From NCBI RefSeq assembly GCF_009914755.1, contig NC_060928.1: 64,000 nt of DNA; one strand, written 5' to 3'. Positions 60,906 through 64,000 of this stretch are shown piece after piece (position 1 is the first letter of the stretch; every line of letters starts with the position of its first letter). This DNA comes from the human T2T-CHM13v2.0 reference genome, Homo sapiens. The translations under genes and the position numbers were made by a program. Below the pieces are notes generated by a model, which worked only from the letters and a program-made list of their open reading frames with translations, was not told the DNA's origin and did not search any database.

Positions 60906-63583
60906 TAATACAGGATGGAGCGTAGTTGTACCTCCTGGAAATCTGCCTAGAAAGCCTAGAGTGACCCTGTGAACCAGCTTCGATAATTCTAGGAATTCTG
61001 TTTTCGGCAGGAATGTCTCCATTGGAATCGTAAAGCTCTTCCACTCCTTCAGACTCAGGACCTATTATTTGGTCCCTTTTTGGAGGTTATGTCTGACTCT
61101 ATTTCTGAACTTAAAAGAAGGTGCTGGCAAATGGTATTTAAGCATTGGCATATTTTAAAAATTACATATAATTTAATATAAAAGTAGTAATTACTACATA
61201 CATTTTCAAAAATAAAGAGAAGAAACATTATCAGCTAAAATCCTGTCATCGAAGATAATCATTCTTTAATAGTATTTTTTTCTCTACACTTATATGCTTG
61301 TATTTAAGATCATGCTTTAAATACAATTTAATGTCTTCCTTATTCTGGTTAAAGAATATATGTGTTGCCTTATAATATTAAAAATTCTTCAAAAAAGATT
61401 TACTCTTTATAACTTTTAGTGCCTATTTAACATTCAGCTATTTGAACTTTCCACAATTTAGTTAATAATTTTAAAGAATACATTTTATTATAAATAATGC
61501 TGTAGCAAATGTAATTTGAAATTTATGTCTTAAAAAGAGCACTGATTGTGACTTTATCATCATCTTAATACAGGGTCTGTTGTACAAACTAAATCCATAA
61601 GACTGAAACCCTAGAACAGTGAAGAAGCCAGTAGTGGTCGTCCTTGACTACCAGCCATTATCAAGTAGTCAAGTAACAGCTTGTTCTAACTTCTGGAAAG
61701 GGAACTTAATGTTCAGAAGACTGCTATTCTAGAAAAAAGAGTTCTTGCAGTTCAGACTTATTTCTTGAGCACATTGGACTCTACGTCTAATTATTTTAAA
61801 AGATGACATAAGTTATTCTTTTTCTGGCTGGATGTCAAGTGCTTGCCAGTTAGTACTTTAATAGGGTGAAAGAGGGAATGGCGGTTCCGACGGAATGACA
61901 AGCCAGTACTATATATAGGTTATTCCTTCATGTTGCACCTGCTGACAGTTTGCACCGTCCAAGTTGCTTGTTTCCTTTGGGGATGTTGCCTTAGGAATAG
62001 GACTGAGATTGTTTTAATGAGAAAGAGTTTAATGGTGTTATGTTGAAGATTGGCGTTAGTGATTCAATATATATTTCTCTTCCCAGAAAATATTGAGGTT
62101 CTATATGGATTAGGTATTACTGACAGTCCAGTTTATAAAACAACTAGTTTACAGATTATTCTTCACCCCACGTTTTTATCATGTAAGCCTGGAAATTGGT
62201 TATCAGTATATAATAAGTCAACCAAGCATTCTCTTGAAAGTGCCAACTCGTTTTGACGGGTAATTCACCTTGAAAGTACCAAAGTAGCTTGAACAACATT
62301 TTTATATTTTTGATGAATTCTTATGAAATTGTTTTGACACATGATTTCATCCGGTGAAAAGGATGATATATATGGCAGAAAATCTGTCATTTGGCTTCCA
62401 GATTTAATTAGCCTTATTGAAATCCTCAGTTGACGTTTAAGTCAGCATTTTATGTTTTTCTAATTTTTTTTCTTTTGTTTTTGTTATCTTCCTAGATAGA
62501 TGAGGGTGGTTTGGGTATGTATTTTTACTTTGGTTGTTTGAACATGAGTATTGTTCCTTGTTAAGATTTGTAGAGCTTATGAATTCCTATGTGACTGTCA
62601 GTGACAGCTTGCTCACTCTTCTCCAAGCAGTTTCAGTGATTATGAATGTTGTTTTTGTGAGTTTTATTTTTAATCTACTAGAAATTTGTCAAGTTTTGAA
62701 ACATTGATATTTATACAAGTGCCTGTAATGCCATGTATTTTATGTTGTTACATATATTGTTGCCTTCAGATAGAGCTGAACTCTTATTTGATTTACAGTT
62801 TGTATTGAAGCAAGGTACAATTTATAGTTATTGTTTTCTTAAAAGTCTTATTTAAAATGAATTCAGTTTCTTTGTATCAATGGAAGATTGCTATCAAATG
62901 TAATTTAAGAATGGAGTGTATGGGGTGAGAGAGAATATTTGCCATAGGTGAATATAGAAACAGAGCAAACTGTGATGTGTTTTTTCAGATCTATGAGTGA
63001 AGCAATTGTGGACACTGTTGTAAGGTTGTGTGCTGCATAACTTTATGAGGTGCTGATTACACCCATAGTCATTGTAGGTTGATTTATTAAAATAATTGAC
63101 AGGCAGAGGGTAGTAAGAAGAAGGAGTTTTTCCTACATAATATTTTCAAAGGCATCATTTGCAACAGCTGTGGGGCTAGACAGCAGTAGATGAAGATTAT
63201 CTTATGAGGTTGCAGATTTAGAAATGGTTTTCTAATGTACCTTTGCTTTATGCTATTGTACCTAATAGATAGGAAAACATTGACAATTTTCATTGCCCCT
63301 AATTACCCTAAATCAGTATATTTAAAAAATTGTAATAGAAATTGTGGAATTTAAAATTTTGTCTAAAATTACCCCATTCTATGAATGATGAAGCTTATTT
63401 CCTAATAAAGTCACAATATGATAATGAACCAACATATTATTTTTTGCCTGCTGACTTCCAGAAGGCTAGGAATTTATTAAAGATAGGTTCAGGCTGTATT
63501 TCTAAATGTGTATCTAGCTCTTTAGATTATTTGTTAAAGAAGGAGATAGTTTACCTAGGTTTTATGTTAACTCATTGAGTTAG

Positions 63584-64000
<417 letters not shown>

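Overview
AT-rich, repeat-dense primate (most likely human) genomic DNA: about 20 Alus, plus L1, L2, MIR, MaLR LTRs and DNA-transposon relics. The window lies inside the 5' part of RAPGEF2 (PDZ-GEF1) on the + strand. Three small coding exons with canonical AG/GT boundaries (35441-35511, 42001-42057, 59297-59380) splice in frame to DLEIVYSYLHGMEALSNLREHQLR-LMCETVRYERHEANEVLYY-PDDIGTCWYILLSGSVFIKESMFLPRS. I recognise this as the N-terminal extension of the long RAPGEF2 isoform, paralogous to the RAPGEF6 N-terminus. The start codon lies upstream of the window and the rest is intron. None of the supplied ORFs is a real gene; they derive from Alu, L1 or simple repeats, or are random. I found no new multi-gene biological system. 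The most unusual signals are local mutational structures: a perfect 3x86-bp tandem repeat whose junctions create STAT-type motifs, a perfect 38-bp inverted copy inserted into a MIR, and several template-switch-type hairpins. Repeat family names are from memory of consensus sequences, and boundaries of old repeats are approximate.
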